Below are positions 13,626 to 27,399 of a stretch of DNA of 64,000 nucleotides, piece after piece (position 1 is the stretch's first letter; each line of letters begins with the position of its first letter). This DNA comes from Camelus dromedarius (taxonomy: Eukaryota). The position numbers and the translations under genes are program-made. The notes under the pieces were generated by a model. The model had not been told where the DNA came from. It did no database searches and was given only the letters and a program-made list of their open reading frames with translations. Where the stretch lies: positions 91,576,001 to 91,640,000 of the forward strand of contig NC_087436.1 of the NCBI RefSeq assembly GCF_036321535.1, read 5' to 3'.

Positions 13626-15409
13626 ACAGTCTTTTTTGATACAGGAAAAAAAAAAAAAAAGAAAGGTGAAAAAAATTTTGCTGTTTCTTTTTAAGATATA
13701 ATTTCAGATATATATTTATAGCAATTTCATGAGAAATGTATATCTTGGACCTTGATGATTACTTGCAAGATTGTTTTAATCAAAAATGAAAGTGCAATAG
13801 TATCAATTATGTAAGAAAACTATGCTGGTGGAATCCAAGTTATAAGTAGAAATTTCACATAAAATTGTTTTGCTCTATTACTTGTGAGATATGTATTTTT
13901 TTCTTTTTTATACTTTCAGATTTTCTGGAATTGGATATTTGTTAAATCATACCTTTGTGATAAAAGCTAATTTCATGCTCAGCATGGAATCTCATTGCAA
14001 GTATTGAATATAATTACATTACTGTAGTGAAAAGTATGATTTCCAATATAAACAATAATACATGTACTCTAATCTAGTTTAAATGTTAAATTAAATGATT
14101 GCAAAAGCCTATGAACTATCTAGAAGGAAATAACCTGGATGTCAGAGACAGAAATTCTCAAAATAAATGAATGCATAAGTAAGTGAGTTGTTAGAATATT
14201 TTCAAAAGAAAAAAAGTTTTGATTTATATGCTGGACAGAAGTTAGAAAAATTCTATTTAACATTGTTTGCATACTAAATAATTCCTAATTTAAAATTCCA
14301 AATCAGAGACTTTTAGGGAAATAAACTTTAAATTTTTTGTATCTATTATTGGTAGCATTTCTTGCACATTATTTAAACTCAAAAAGTGTTCCTTTAATAG
14401 ATATACTTGATTTAAGGATTCAGTAAAGCGTATCAAGCACATTTTTTTTTACTTACAAATGCACTGATTATGATTAATTGCTTCATAAGCTACAAAATTT
14501 TTTTCTTTCTCCCATATTCTTCCCATTCAAGTTGCTATAAATTTTCTTCAATCCTTTTTCTATTCTTTCTATTTTATTCTTTTAATTGATTTGATTTTAT
14601 GTATCAATCTATACTAGCCTTTCTCATATACTGTATTTCAGGTTCTAGCCTATTTGAGTATGTTGCCAATTTCATCTTAACTAGATTTTAAAGTCCTCAG
14701 GGGAAGTGCTCTGTTTTTTATTTTCTTAGCTCCATATAGCAAGCTTCACATACACATTCTACTCTGTCTTACTCAGCTATTAGAAATTCTCATTGATGAA
14801 TTGTTCAGTGTAGGAATAATCGAATGCTGGAGAAATGGATTTCCTCATGAATGTTTCTCTAAATCACTAATTAACCACTTTCTTTCTATGGTTCATTCTC
14901 AGTCACTGCAATAATCATGTACCATTTAAAAAATATTACACTATGATGTGTGCTGCATGCTACTTGGTTGCATTTTATTATTAATTAACATTATAATATT
15001 ACTATATTTGTCTAGTTTAGGGGATATTCTTATCAGTCATTTTTATTGGAATGTTCAAATACCCATAACTTACAATCAGTTCAAAAATAATCCACCTAGT
15101 GTCTCTAGTAAGATCAGACAAGCAAAATTGTCAAATGATAAAAACATAATAGGCATAAAAATGTTGCTTGTTCACTAAAAATAGAGAGGATCTGAGAAGT
15201 TATAAAATTGTAAGCTAGAGCTAAATTGTAAGCGATGATCCTTCAGATTAAACTAGGTAGATTAATTCAGAGACAAATCCAAGAGAAAGATTTCAAAGTA
15301 TGAACCACATTTCAAAAGCGTAATGTTAGTCAGCATCCTGATAGGAAATAAATGCTACATTCAAATCAGGATAATTTGAAAATTTATTTACAGATATTTA
15401 ATTTACACA

Positions 15410-15475
15410 AGGGGTCCATGCAAATGAGGGGTCCTGAAGCTTAAGCTTTATTGGCTTTTAGATCATTTCATCTTT
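15410..15475. mobile_element. Possible short hAT MITE end (MER91-like)
   Basis: ggggtcctgaagcttaagctttattggctt resembles the MER91 terminal region; short. Confidence 0.35.
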
Positions 15476-16237
15476 GGAAAGAAGCCTATGTGTTAAAAAG
15501 CCTTCCCACCTTCTCCTGTAACATACTCACCTACATGTCCTTGAATGAAACAGTCACATGGCCAACTGCAGGTATATATCGTCATTCCTGGTGATGACGT
15601 GTTACACCAAGAGTTAGGATTTTCTCAACAAGGAGGAAAAGATGATGGAGTAGACAATGTATACCACAAGAGCCAATTTTTGATTTTCACAAATAATTCC
15701 ATGTATTTATTCCACAAACATTTCTTGAACTTTTACTATGGACCAGGTACTGTTCATACATTTTTTATTGACAGTACCAGATCTGGACCTGTTCTGCTAT
15801 TATTAATCAAATTGTAGATGTTTATTCTTATTAGCCTTTTGAAATATAAAGCATTTATTATTATTTTTATACATTTAAGCTAAAATTAACTAATATTAAA
15901 CAAACCATCTTATTTGTGGTATTAATATTGTTAACCATTCTAAAGCCAGGGGAGAGAAATTAAGAATTTATAGTAACAAGTTAGGAAAAAAAAATTTAAG
16001 CTGTAATGAAATGGGAAAGAGTTCAAAATTATACTTCCAAAATAGAAACGACAGGATCTGAATATGCTTATAAAGAGAAAGACGGCAAAGATTGTCCCCC
16101 TTCTATCCAGCTATTCTATCTATGAAACAAGCCAGGTCATCTTAAACTGAGGTCAAATCTTCCATTAGCAGAAGTGGCATAAAGAGTAAAGAGGAGCAGG
16201 AGCTACCCAAAGGAGAAGTACTATTTGAGTTTTGACA

Positions 16238-16769
16238 TGGTGGATGCTGGATCCCCCAGAATACCACCAAAACATCATGTTGATTAGACAAAGCTGAGCT
16301 TATTGCTCACTGTGCTGAGGGAGAGCAATTCTTCGCTGTCTTAGCAGCATCTTAGAGACAAGAGGGCAAGGACAGCATATTGCTGAGATTTTGAAGACTA
16401 GTAGTGTCAACTAGGTCTTTGAATTCACAGATGGAAACCAGGGCTGGAGGAGTTGAGGGCTTGGTTAGGACTGTGTAAGGATCTTATGATATGATAATCA
16501 ATGATTGGTGAACACAGCAAGGTAAGGATGTTGCAACAAAGGGTCAAAGAGTCTTGGGGTAGACTACCTTTGGTGTTTACTATGGAAGAGTTAATAGGTC
16601 TGTCAGAATTCTCCTGGCAGGAACAATAACTAAATTTGTAACATTTCTCTTCCTAGCCAAGAATTTTCTGGAAAAGTAAAGTTATGTTGATGAAGATAGT
16701 GGAATAGTAAAATCATGTTAATGCAGACAGTAAGTTCTGTTTATATTCTCAGAGATACTGGTTCTAACA
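16238..16769 (-). mobile_element. Old solo LTR (LTR78-like)
   Basis: gacaaagctgagcttattgctcac...gtcttagcagcatct...gtaaagttatgttgatgaagatagtggaatagtaaaatcatgttaatgcagacag recalled from the LTR78 family. Confidence 0.55.
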
Positions 16770-17654
16770 ATCTGTCATGTGTTTACACAGAGAAATGTGT
16801 AGATAAATCAGAAAGATAGGAAGGAGGTGAGATATCTGAGCTCCAGAGTATCTTGTGTAGCTGGAGGCATAGAGGAAATTCCCCAAACAGTGGAGCGTAA
16901 CAGAGTTTTTTGCTGAGAATCAGAAAAGGTGAAAATTGAAGTCAAGAATGCAACCCAGGGAAGGCAAATAAAAGCTGGAAAAGAGAGAAAGAAAGGAGTC
17001 CAGGAAAAAAAGAAGATGGGAGAGAATAACTAGAAACCCAATTGAATATTTCATCAAATGCTGTGGAAATCAAAGGTCTTATTTCCTCTCCTTTGGTCCT
17101 ACAATGTCACAGGCACCAAGACATTTTCCCTTTATCAACAAAAGACTCTGCTCTGCTGTGTAATATACTAACACTGTTACAAAACGTCATACTGCCAGAG
17201 AGCTGGTCATTTTAATCCGGAATGTTGTGGTAGAGGACAATTTACTGTCAACTATGATCAGTTTAAAAATTAAGAGAACAAAAAATAATTATCTTTAAAG
17301 TGACTAAACCCCCTTTTGTCTGTGCTGAGCACTGAAGCCAGAGATAGGTCAAAGATTAACCAATAAATAAATCATCGCTTGAAATCCTCTTCATAATTAA
17401 TCCAGTGGAAGCAGAATTAACTAGTAGAGTTCAATCAGCTTAATCAAGGATGTGAATATTTTATATAAAGAAAGTTAAACTCATTTTCCCTGTAAAACTC
17501 AGATCTTTAATAACATGATCTTCTAGTGGGTATATACTACTGCTATATTTAAACTTAACTTTTAATTACTTATTAAATGAATTACTTATAACATGGAAAT
17601 GTAATGTTCACGATCCTTTGTCAGATGGTTAAATTGTAAGAGCTAAACATTATT

Positions 17655-17875
17655 GAGATATAGGTTCCTAATATTATTTGAGCTTTTATTATGTACTAGA
17701 TACTTTAATTTCTGTAATCTAAATAGTCTGCGAAGTAACAGTTGCCAGATACATTTTACAAAGGAGAAAAATTAAATTCAGAAGTTTCACTAACTGATCC
17801 AAGGTGTCACAAGTAGCAAATGGTCAAATAAAGATTTAGGTCTAATTTCAAAGTCCATGTTTTTGTTGTTTTATC
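17655..17875 (-). mobile_element. MIR SINE
   Basis: tattatttgagcttttattatgtactag...cattttacaaaggagaaaa...ccaaggtgtcaca...aaagtccatg. Confidence 0.65.
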
Positions 17876-18574
17876 TAACTTATGTATGTGAGCTTTGCAT
17901 TTTCTTAAGAAACAGTGACCCCTTATCACATGCCTAAATTAAGTGCCAGCAATTGCATCAGGCAGTAAGGAGATGATTGATTGAATTTTCTCCTGAGATG
18001 AGATAACCCAATTAGCATTTTCCCAGGGGACCAGAGCCACTGTGGCAATAAAATACTTACCTCACAGCTTTTACCTGAAACTTACATGAGAAACTGCCAA
18101 AAAATATATATAAGAATCTAAAATGATTATAATAATTCAAGGATTTAATATGAAGATGATGGAGCAATGGAGTTTACCAAACCTATACATGACCTACATG
18201 GGACTTGGATGACTTATAGTTAATGCATGTTGTTCTCTCTCTTAACTGTAACTCAGGAAGAGGCCTACTTGGAAAGAAAAGGATAAAAACAAGGAGGTGG
18301 GGCATGAATGATTTCCATTCTCATGAATGAAAGAGAAAGAGAGAACAGGAGGCCTTTTTCTACCAAGAAAGAGAGTTTCATGAAGACTTTAGGGATAAAA
18401 ATCGTGGTTCTTTGGCGCATTTGTGAAATTCCTACTACTTTGTCATTTTCATTATAGTAGCTATGTTTTTGTAACATATTTCTACAGTGATTTTATGTGA
18501 GCATCTCATTCAACTTCCTTGCCTCCTGTCAAGTGCACCTAGATAGCAATACATTTCTTTAAGAACAAGATCCC

Positions 18575-18860
18575 TCTTTCATGTGTGGAACCAATTTTAT
18601 CTGCCTTGCGTAGAGTTCATCCTACTTTTCCAAAAGCCTGAATGGTCACATGACTTAGGGTCAGCCAATTACAGAAACATTTCTACCTGTCTACATAATT
18701 GGTACAAAAATGTATGACCCAAGACAGTTACAGGTATATCAGAGTCCTCTCAAAATTTTTCTGTCACGTTGTGAATTTATTTTATTTTTCTTTCTGCATT
18801 TGCTACTAAATTAGAAGAATGTAAGCCAAGGTGTATACTGCTCACCACGTAGAACAGGAT
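18575..18860 (+). mobile_element. Old MaLR LTR fragment (MLT1J/K/L-like)
   Basis: ggtcacatgacttagggtcagccaat...taattgg...tgacccaag...atcagagtcctc, typical of old MLT1. Confidence 0.5.
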
Positions 18861-19007
18861 TTGTAAGCCATATGATCTCTGTCATTATTCAATGATGCAA
18901 CTGTAGCAGGAGAGTAGTAATAGACAAAATGTAAACAAATTCCAATAAAACTTTATTTATAACAATAGTTGGCAGGTCTGATTTGAGTTGTTGTTTGCAG
19001 ATCCCTG
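18860..19007. mobile_element. MER58A-like hAT-Charlie MITE (partial)
   Basis: atagacaaaatgtaaac...ttccaataaaactttattta...ggcaggtctgatttg...gtttgcagatccctg matches the MER58A end. Confidence 0.75.
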
Positions 19008-19153
19008 ATATAAAATCCATGTGATAAGGAGATGGCTCATGATTACATTGTTTTATATACCTGAAATTTGCATCTGTAATTGTTGCAAATTGATATAACG
19101 AGAGCCAACTATATTGAGACTCTGACAGAGGTTTGATAATATAATTTGAGTTC

Positions 19154-19652
19154 TGTATTAGTTACCTATTGCTGTGTAACAAATTACTCCAAAACTTAGC
19201 AGCATGAAAAAATACAGTTATTTGTTTCCTCCTAGTTTCTGTATGTCAAGAATTCAGAGGTGACTTGGTGTTTGAGGCTTAGGGTCTCCCATGATGCTCA
19301 GCTGGGGCTGGAAGATTTACTTCTGAGCTCACTCATGTGTTTTTTTGGTAGGCTTCAATTCACTGTGGTCTGTTGACTAAAGACCTCACTTCTCCCCCAA
19401 GTAGCATTTCCATAATGTGGTATCTGGTTTCCTCCAGAGCAAGTGACAGAGACACAGTGAACAAGAAAGAAAGTACTCAAAACAGAAACCGTAGTCTTCT
19501 GATAACTAATTTTGGAAGTGACACAGCATCACTTGGGCTGTATGCAATTGGTCACACAGATCAACTCTGGTACAGTGTGGGAGGGATCTATACAATTGTG
19601 AATTCCAAGAAGTAAGAAGCATTGGGGGCCATCTTGGAGACTGGCTACTGCA
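19154..19652 (-). mobile_element. MaLR solo LTR (MLT1F/G/H-like)
   Basis: tgtattagttacctattgctgtgtaacaaattactccaaaacttag...cattgggggccatcttggagactggctactgca, TG...CA ends. Confidence 0.85.
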
Positions 19653-19912
19653 TGATGCTAGGTAAGTCCATGTTTGACTATATCTGAATCCTTTCCTGCA
19701 TTTTCAAGTTAAAATAACAAATACCTTCTAATTAAGCTTTTTTTTAATCTCTAATAATGATTAAAGTTTTTGCCTGTCTTATTCTATAAACCCTAAAAAC
19801 ATTCAAGCTGAGCATGGTGGGATGAAGAAAAGAGGATGACCAAGGTACAGGGGTGAAAAGAGGGACTGATGAGTGTGTATTTTTCTTTACAAGTGGATAT
19901 GTGGGGTGGAGG

Positions 19913-20672
19913 TGAAACCAACCAGGACCCTGATGGGGCATCTCCCCAACCCCTGCCTCCTGTTTATAAAAAAGCTGAAGTCTCCCATGCCTCCCTGAGT
20001 CCCCAAAGACCAGGCTCAAGCTGTTGATGACTGGGACAACAGTCACAGACTTACTGTCTCACGCACATTCCTGAGTTATTTTATAAATACTATAACTGCC
20101 ACCATGTAAGCAGCTCGTTGCAGAAAAGCACCCCAGCAGGAAATCCCTTTTCTTGTCACTTTAGCAAAACTGTATTGTAACTGACCTTAAACCAGGCAAC
20201 CCCACGCCCTATTCATCTTTGGCTTACACACACCTTTCAGATCTTCTGATCACACAATACCTTGCTTAATTTGTTGGTCTTTTTCCACACATTGAGGAAG
20301 TAGAAATAGAGAAGAAGTAATTAACAAATGACCAGATCTCTTCCCTAGCTTCCCTTTAAGTAATCTCAGGAGGAACTGTGAACAAGATAGCATCTAAGGA
20401 AAATTCACGAGACATTGACAGGTTTGCACATGGTTGTGGGGGTGTAGTGATGACTCTGACCTCCTTATCTCAATAATCAACTGAGATTACTTCCCTTTTT
20501 CCCTTTAAAATTTTTCATTACTGAGCACAATCTTTTTTTTTGGGAACACTAATTCCACTGTCTCCCCAGGTTGCTGCCATTTTGATTAAAAGCAACTTTC
20601 CTTCCTATCAACATAACCTCTTTCACTTATTGTTTTAAAGAAAAGCAAGCATTAAGCCCATGCTCCATAATA
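19913..20672 (+). mobile_element. ERV1-type solo LTR (lineage-restricted family, name uncertain)
   Basis: Starts tgaaaccaaccaggaccct; TATA-like ccctttaaaa (about 20501), ctgtctccccaggttgct, and poly(A)-signal-like attaaa (20585) in LTR order; no clear TSD. Confidence 0.6.
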
Positions 20673-21832
20673 GAAACATCAAGAAATAGGGTTTGGGCAG
20701 CTCAGAAAAGGAAGAAAACTAAGTTGAATTCCTACTAGCAAATAGGAGAAAGAAAAGAGTTTCATATTGAGCTACCTCTGATCAGAGATGAGACAATGGA
20801 AATAGAATTAAATAAAGCTCCATGTCAGGCAAATTTGTTTTCTCACATAGGCCTAAAGAGCAGAAAATAGTAAAAACCTGGAGAACATAGTTCAGACAAA
20901 TTGTACAAGATAATGAGACTTCACTGAGATCCAATAAAAACACTGAAACTACTCAAGGATATCTGATTATTGGCAAGTTCGGGTATGAAAAAATGCATGT
21001 TTATTATTATGATCTAAAACACGTTTGCCACATAATAGCTACACAGTGGTTCATATTTTCTTAGAAAATCTGAATAAATCACACTGACTGAGCTCAGAAT
21101 AAAATACAGTTTTAAAATTGAAATATCATTAAGATTTGTCTTATGGCAATAAATCAAAGTGATAAAACTACTGTTAAAAATGCAGAATGAATATCATAAG
21201 GTTTTTGTTTCTTTCCTCATGAGTTGATGAAACAAACCTCTAAAATAAATTAGATTTAAAAGGATTTTAAATGACTAAGATATCAGACTTTGATTACACT
21301 GGGAAGTGAAGAATTTTAAATATATATACATGGATAAAATGAAGGGTGCTATTAATAAAATTAATGCAAATTCAAATATTCAAATATTTGCTCCTGGCCT
21401 TATTAAGAACTACAAATCAGAGAATATATTTATACATACTCTAAACAAAGCCAAAAGGCATCCGAATTCTGCAAAATTCTTCTATATGCATTATTTACTC
21501 AGGTAAACGTCCGCATCCAAGACTAAAATGGAAATGGTAATTTTACCAGATAATAATAGTAAAAGAGAAAAATATGATACCCACTTTACAAAATAAAATA
21601 CAATTTTAGTTGAGCACAATATAAATTTTATAATACCAGCAGAGTAAAATATTCTTGATGTAACAGTCCATCATTATGCATACCGTTTGCATAATGAAAC
21701 TCCTTTTGTTCACATCATAGTAATTTTATGGTTGATAGGTGCTCCTGACTCAAACCACAGCCAAAATTGAATTGTAAAAAGGCATCTTCAGCAGAGTAGT
21801 GAATGTGGTTTCCTATTGATATACACATTTTC

Positions 21833-21847
21833 AGTGCCACCTATTGG
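21833..21847 (-). promoter_or_regulatory. Candidate CTCF motif
   Basis: Minus strand CCAATAGGTGGCACT versus consensus CCASYAGRKGGCRS, one mismatch; motif match only. Confidence 0.35.
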
Positions 21848-22969
21848 TAGAAAGATAAGATTTACATAGAATTATTATTTTTAAAATATTTTTATCAATG
21901 GCTAATGTATGAATAGTGAAGAAAGTATGTAAAAAGTATAAAATATTTTGAAATGGTTTAATAAATTACTATTAGATTTGCTTATTGATTTATACATATA
22001 AGAAGTTGGCAAATGAGTAAGGTAAATAATTTTTCAACAGGTTATTATAAAAAGTATTTTAATTATTATGGTTTTCACGTCTTTGTTCTAAGTAGTCTAA
22101 TTTAAAATTTAGAAGTAAATTTGGTTGATTTGGTTTAATTTGTTTGGAAGAAAATATAATTACTGCTTAACTTCACCTTCATGTGTTTTTCAAATAAACA
22201 AAAGATTTCACTTCTTTGTTAAAATAGTATATTTACATAGAGATTAGAAATATTTAAATTGAAAATAATCTTTGCCAAAATACTTGGAAATTCAATGAGA
22301 TTTCTTTAAATGTTTAAGCATTTATTGATTTTTTTATGATTTATATTATGTCAGAAAAATATAATTTGTCATGCTATTAAATAAAAGCTAATTATATCAT
22401 TTGGTACAAACTTTCATCTGATATTTAATTCCTAAAAAAATTTTAAAGTCACACTGATAATACATAGCATGAAGTGTCAAGTAAAATGCAATAATAAGTT
22501 ATTGTTAATAACCCTTGGCAGGTAAAACTGAGATGACTTTTTTTCTAATTTTGATATTTTTATAATTTTTCAAGGATCATCAGCTAGCTTTAGAATTGAA
22601 ATAAAACAATATTATTAAGACTAGTAAATCAGTAGAAGTTTAATAAAAATGGATGCAATTATTAAAATTATGCAATTATAAAAATCATTTAAAAAAGTTT
22701 GTCTTCCAAATTAACCAAATTAATCAATCCTATAAAAATAATATTTTTCTTGCTCCTTGATTTAAGAAAAATAATATTTTTCAAATTTCTAATTATCCAA
22801 TGATAGGTAACAATTGTTTTATTATTTATTATTGTTAATAATTAATTGTCAATGAGCTTAACAATTGTTTATTAATTAATTTTAAGTAATAGAAGGGACA
22901 GTCATTACATGTACCATTTCTCTGTGTTGATTAGAAATAATTTGGATGGTGAAAGATGTATTTTGTTTT

Positions 22970-24805
22970 TCAGCCATGATCCTTGGGGCCTTAGCGAGTC
23001 ACTGGTTATCCACAAGAAGAAGGGAAGAAGTAATTGAGGAGGATTTGGAGCAAGTCAGATGCTGGATCCCCTATCTCTGCTTCCGCTTTTACTTTTTCAG
23101 TAGTGGTGGATTTTACCACTGTCCTGACCAAGATCTCCCATAGGATGTGCAGACCCCAGGCAAATACTTTTGTGGAGCTCTTTTTATACCAAAATAATTG
23201 GTTTTAAAATATTTTGCATCATGGCCCATGTCCTTGAAGATTTAGAATTAAGCATGGAGAAGAAGTACCTATGTATTTGTTTATTTTCCAATCAGTACAC
23301 ACAAAAATTCTCCCTAGTGTCCAGACACCATCACTTCCTGTTCATGACCAGGAACGATCTTTTTGTGTTTTTAATTTTTTTTCAAATGCAACATTCCTGG
23401 CTAATTTCATATTTCCAACCAGGAGAAAAAAAGCACAGCAATGCTGTTATTACTCACAATGCTATGGCCTGTCAGAAACTATTTGTATTGAACCAGTTGG
23501 GTCCTCCTGCCTCTGTGGTTTCCCAATGCCATTTGCTTAATGCTGATTACATCCTTCCTCTTGACACTGCATCATCCGTCATCTATTACGCCACCCATGA
23601 CTATTAGCATCTAATGACTCTCTCAGATTCAAGTTTTACCTAGATTAGGCAGAAAAATGTTAATGATAATTCATTTTCTGGTCATGTTAAATTTACTATT
23701 TGGAATGCAATCCTGTAAACATAGAACAATGCATTATTGAACCATGTCTTGAACTCTTTAGGCCATAATCACTAGGATGTGAACTGTTGGTGTTGACTGC
23801 ACACCTGTCTGCTACACCAAGTCACCAGCAGTGGGCATCCTTGACCTTGTGAGCATCACCACTCCTCCCCTACTGGCATCCAGGGTAGTCACCCCAACAC
23901 TTTCATGGGCTTGGTACCAAGTATTAGTCAGGTTTCTGGGAATGGCTGAACCTATATTTTTTGAGGGGTTTTAAAAACTTCACACCAAACCTCCCTTACT
24001 GTGCATGATTTTGGAAACCCTCAGAGAATGAGTTCAGCCAGTCTCAGATAAATTCATCCAGAAGGCTGATGCTTGGTACAGAGGAATCCACTATCATGGA
24101 AAGAAGTGGGGAGAAGATGGTGGGTACATGGGAAACAATGCCCACCACCAAACTCACTGCCCTAAGGTGCTAAAAATGGAGGTAGTACTGTGGTTATAAC
24201 ATGGGCAAGTGCTTAAACTCAGGTCCGCATTTGCAACTCAAGTGCAAGATGAGGCAAAGGACTAAGTAGTCCAGAGCCTGAGCATATCTTGTGTATAATT
24301 TGAGTCTCACCAAAACCTATGTATCAGCACCATCTGGTAGCCCAATCTTGTCTGTGATTCTATGAAAGAAATACAATATCCAGGATGAGCTCTTGACCCA
24401 CCAGGCCATCCAACTAGAACCTAGTTCCAGCCATGGGGCCACAGGACAACTCTTTGGGGTGAGTCCTGGAGCAACTTAGGCATTGGCCAACACCACCATG
24501 AAGGGGCTGAAATGAGGACCAAATATCACACACACTTCAGTATGACCTCAGAATATCCTGCCCACATGACAGTGCCTCCCAGCTAGTTCCAGTCAATGAG
24601 GTGATTCCAAAGCTTGCCTCTTGAGGGACAAGAGTCCCTGCTTGCCCAGGTATAAGGACTCTATGCACCCCATTCCATTTAAGTCAATATAGTAGAGTAT
24701 TCCCCATTAATACGACTACTACTAGGACAGTTCTGCATATTAAGGATGCTGTAGTCTATTGAAAGACTACACCTGTGTCCAGGATGCCCCTGGCAAACTT
24801 TAAAC
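22970..24805 (-). mobile_element. Possible ancient LTR-retroelement internal remnant (ERVL-like pol)
   Basis: GC-elevated island with degenerate minus-strand peptides in ERVL pol order: LKF/PGASW (about 24790), NYTQD (about 24295), PPFLAP*G (24159-24182); highly decayed. Confidence 0.35.
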
Positions 24806-24809
24806 AACT

Positions 24810-25180
24810 CTTCTTACTTATGTTCATTCTGGCTCTTTTGAATCTTTTGCCTCTCTGCATAAACTTTAGAATCAGTTTTTTGATATTCACAAAATAACTT
24901 CCTGGAATTTTGATTGAGATTGAATCTATAGATCAATTTGGGAAGAACTGACATTTTGATAATATTGGGTCTTCCTATCTATGAACATGGAACATCTCTC
25001 CATTTATTTAGTTCTCTGGTTTCGTTCATCAGAGCTGTATAGGTTTCCCATATAAATCTTGTACAAATATTGCAAGATTACTGTCTAGAATTTATTTATT
25101 TTTGGCTTCTAATGTAAGTGTTATTGGGTTTTTTATTTCAAATTCATTTATTTATTGTTAGTATATAGGAATGGCATTGA
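24810..25180 (-). mobile_element. Old L1M ORF2 fragment
   Basis: ggaattttgattgagattgaatctatagatcaatttgggaagaactgacattttgataatattg...catggaacatctctccatttattta, reverse L1 ORF2. Confidence 0.85.
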
Positions 25181-26629
25181 GAAATTGTTGTGGGAAACCC
25201 AGAAAACTAGATACGGTTTGCTTTTTGCTTGATTTTTTCTTTTTTTACTTTTTAATCCCCCTTATTTATTTTATTCGCTTGTCCCTTTATTAGATCATGG
25301 GAACCACAGTATTAGCACAGGAAGAGACAAAGAAGAGAACTATTTTGGTCCTTTATTTCCTAACCTTGCCACCTTAAAGTCAAGCCTTGATTTAAAACAA
25401 TAAAAACCAAAACCAAAACCAAAGCAAAAGAAATGTTTAAACAGTGTCTGCCAAACCATACGCAATTTAAGAAATGTCATGGAGTATTCACTGATCAACA
25501 TTTACAGAGCAGGTAATATGTGTTTTTGGAAACATGCAGTAAAACAGGATAAATGTCTATTTAAAAAGATAACCACTATAAAAGTGTGCTTTTAATTATT
25601 GTACTTTTTACATTAAGAACATTTCTTCAGAGCAAGCTTCCTTGACATAAAAAAATAGACAGTCTGAGCAGAAGGGCACCTAGAGTTACAGGTCATATTT
25701 TATATGGAGAATATTCTAATAACCATAGTCCAGGAAATCCTCTTGCAGGCCCCCTTTTCATATTTACATTATTTTCCAAATTTAACCTTAAAATAACACA
25801 GATGAGAAAGTGTAGAGCTGTGAATGGTATAAAAGTAAAATGTGGATAAAATCCTTGTTTTTTTCTCATAGGGGAAGTTTTCAGGTAATGAAAACTTATT
25901 TATCCAAACCATCTGTTAGTTATTCAGCTTGGCCTTACATATACAAAAGAACTTTTCTTTTGCATGCAAATGGAGAGTCACACAGCTGAATATCTATTAA
26001 AGATGATTTACAATTTAATACATGTCAATGTGGCAAAAGATGTGTGGGCTTATTCCAACAAATATCCTTTCCTGAAAATGAATATAGAACTCTCTCTTTC
26101 TCTCCACACTCTTAGTGAGATGGACTGCTGCAAATTTGGTTGAGTTTGGGGCTTCTGAGATTTCTGCTCTGAGGAGCAAAATCCATCCAAAGCTGACATA
26201 ATCAAATAAACAGATCAGATTATCCCAGGATGAAAATTGCCCAGATCAAAGCAGATAAACACAGCAGCATAGATTCAGTTGTTGCTTTGTGACCTAAGAA
26301 TACTGCTTGATTTGACTAGAAAGCTAATCTCATACAGTTAGAGGAGAGATGGCCAAAAGTGATGGAAATGGTTGGGGCAGAGAAAACAGTGCCTCACTTC
26401 TTTCTGCAATTAATAATAATAAAAAATATGTCACTAATTAAGATGATTTTCCAACTCTTTTTCCCCAAAGGGTTCTGGATACTTATCTGTTTGATACTGT
26501 GATAAACTTACAAATAGACACTGATGTTAAGAAGACAGTATAATACATAATGTATATGAATGTATACATGAAATAAATTAAGTATCCAGCCTCTATATTG
26601 TTAAGGGAGGAGGGGACATCTCTACATCA

Positions 26630-27100
26630 AATTTTAATAAAAGACATTAAGGAAACTCAAAACCATAAAGATGTAAATTCTTTACAAATGGATCAATTGA
26701 TTTAATGTATTCTTTATAATATAAAAGGAGAGAAACCCATATGTCCATCTACAGAAAGACAGATTAATAAATTGTGGTATATTTATTAAATGAAATACTA
26801 TGGAGCTGTGGCAGTAAATGAACTTCTGTCATACTTCAACATGGACAAAATTTTTTAAATAAACATGGATAAAATTTTTCAATTTAAAACATCTTTAAAT
26901 AAGTGTTGATAAGAAAGGATATAGAGTTTTATTTCATTTACATAAAGCAAAACTGAACAATGGATTGCTTACAGATAGATGTATAGAACATTAAAAAGAA
27001 GAGCAAGAAAATAACAGGTATAAAATTTAGGCTACTTTTACCATTTTCTCAAAAAGTATAAAAGCTTTCTATATTTTATTTTGTACACATGAGATATTTC
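26630..27100 (+). mobile_element. Old L1ME fragments
   Basis: atgtccatctacagaaagacagattaataaattgtggtatattt...gaaatactat...caacatgga, L1 ORF2 end/3' UTR. Confidence 0.65.
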
Positions 27101-27399
27101 TCACACACGCATACACACAAACTCTAGCAGGTGGTTTGCTGAAAGATAAGGAGACAAATCACGGAGACTAAGGAAGGAAGTGCAGTCTACCTCAGGGCAC
27201 ACACGTGAAAGCTGGGCAATGGGTTTTCCATAGGATTACTGTTAAGGACCAATTCTAAAATTAAAACCGATGGACTAGGTTGGCACTCATTAAAATGTCC
27301 ATTACAGGCATTATGGTCTGAAGTCTTTCCCTACCAAATTCTGATTCGTCCCTTCCCTTATTTTTCTTAGGTTCTTGCATTTCTAGTACCATCTCAGGG

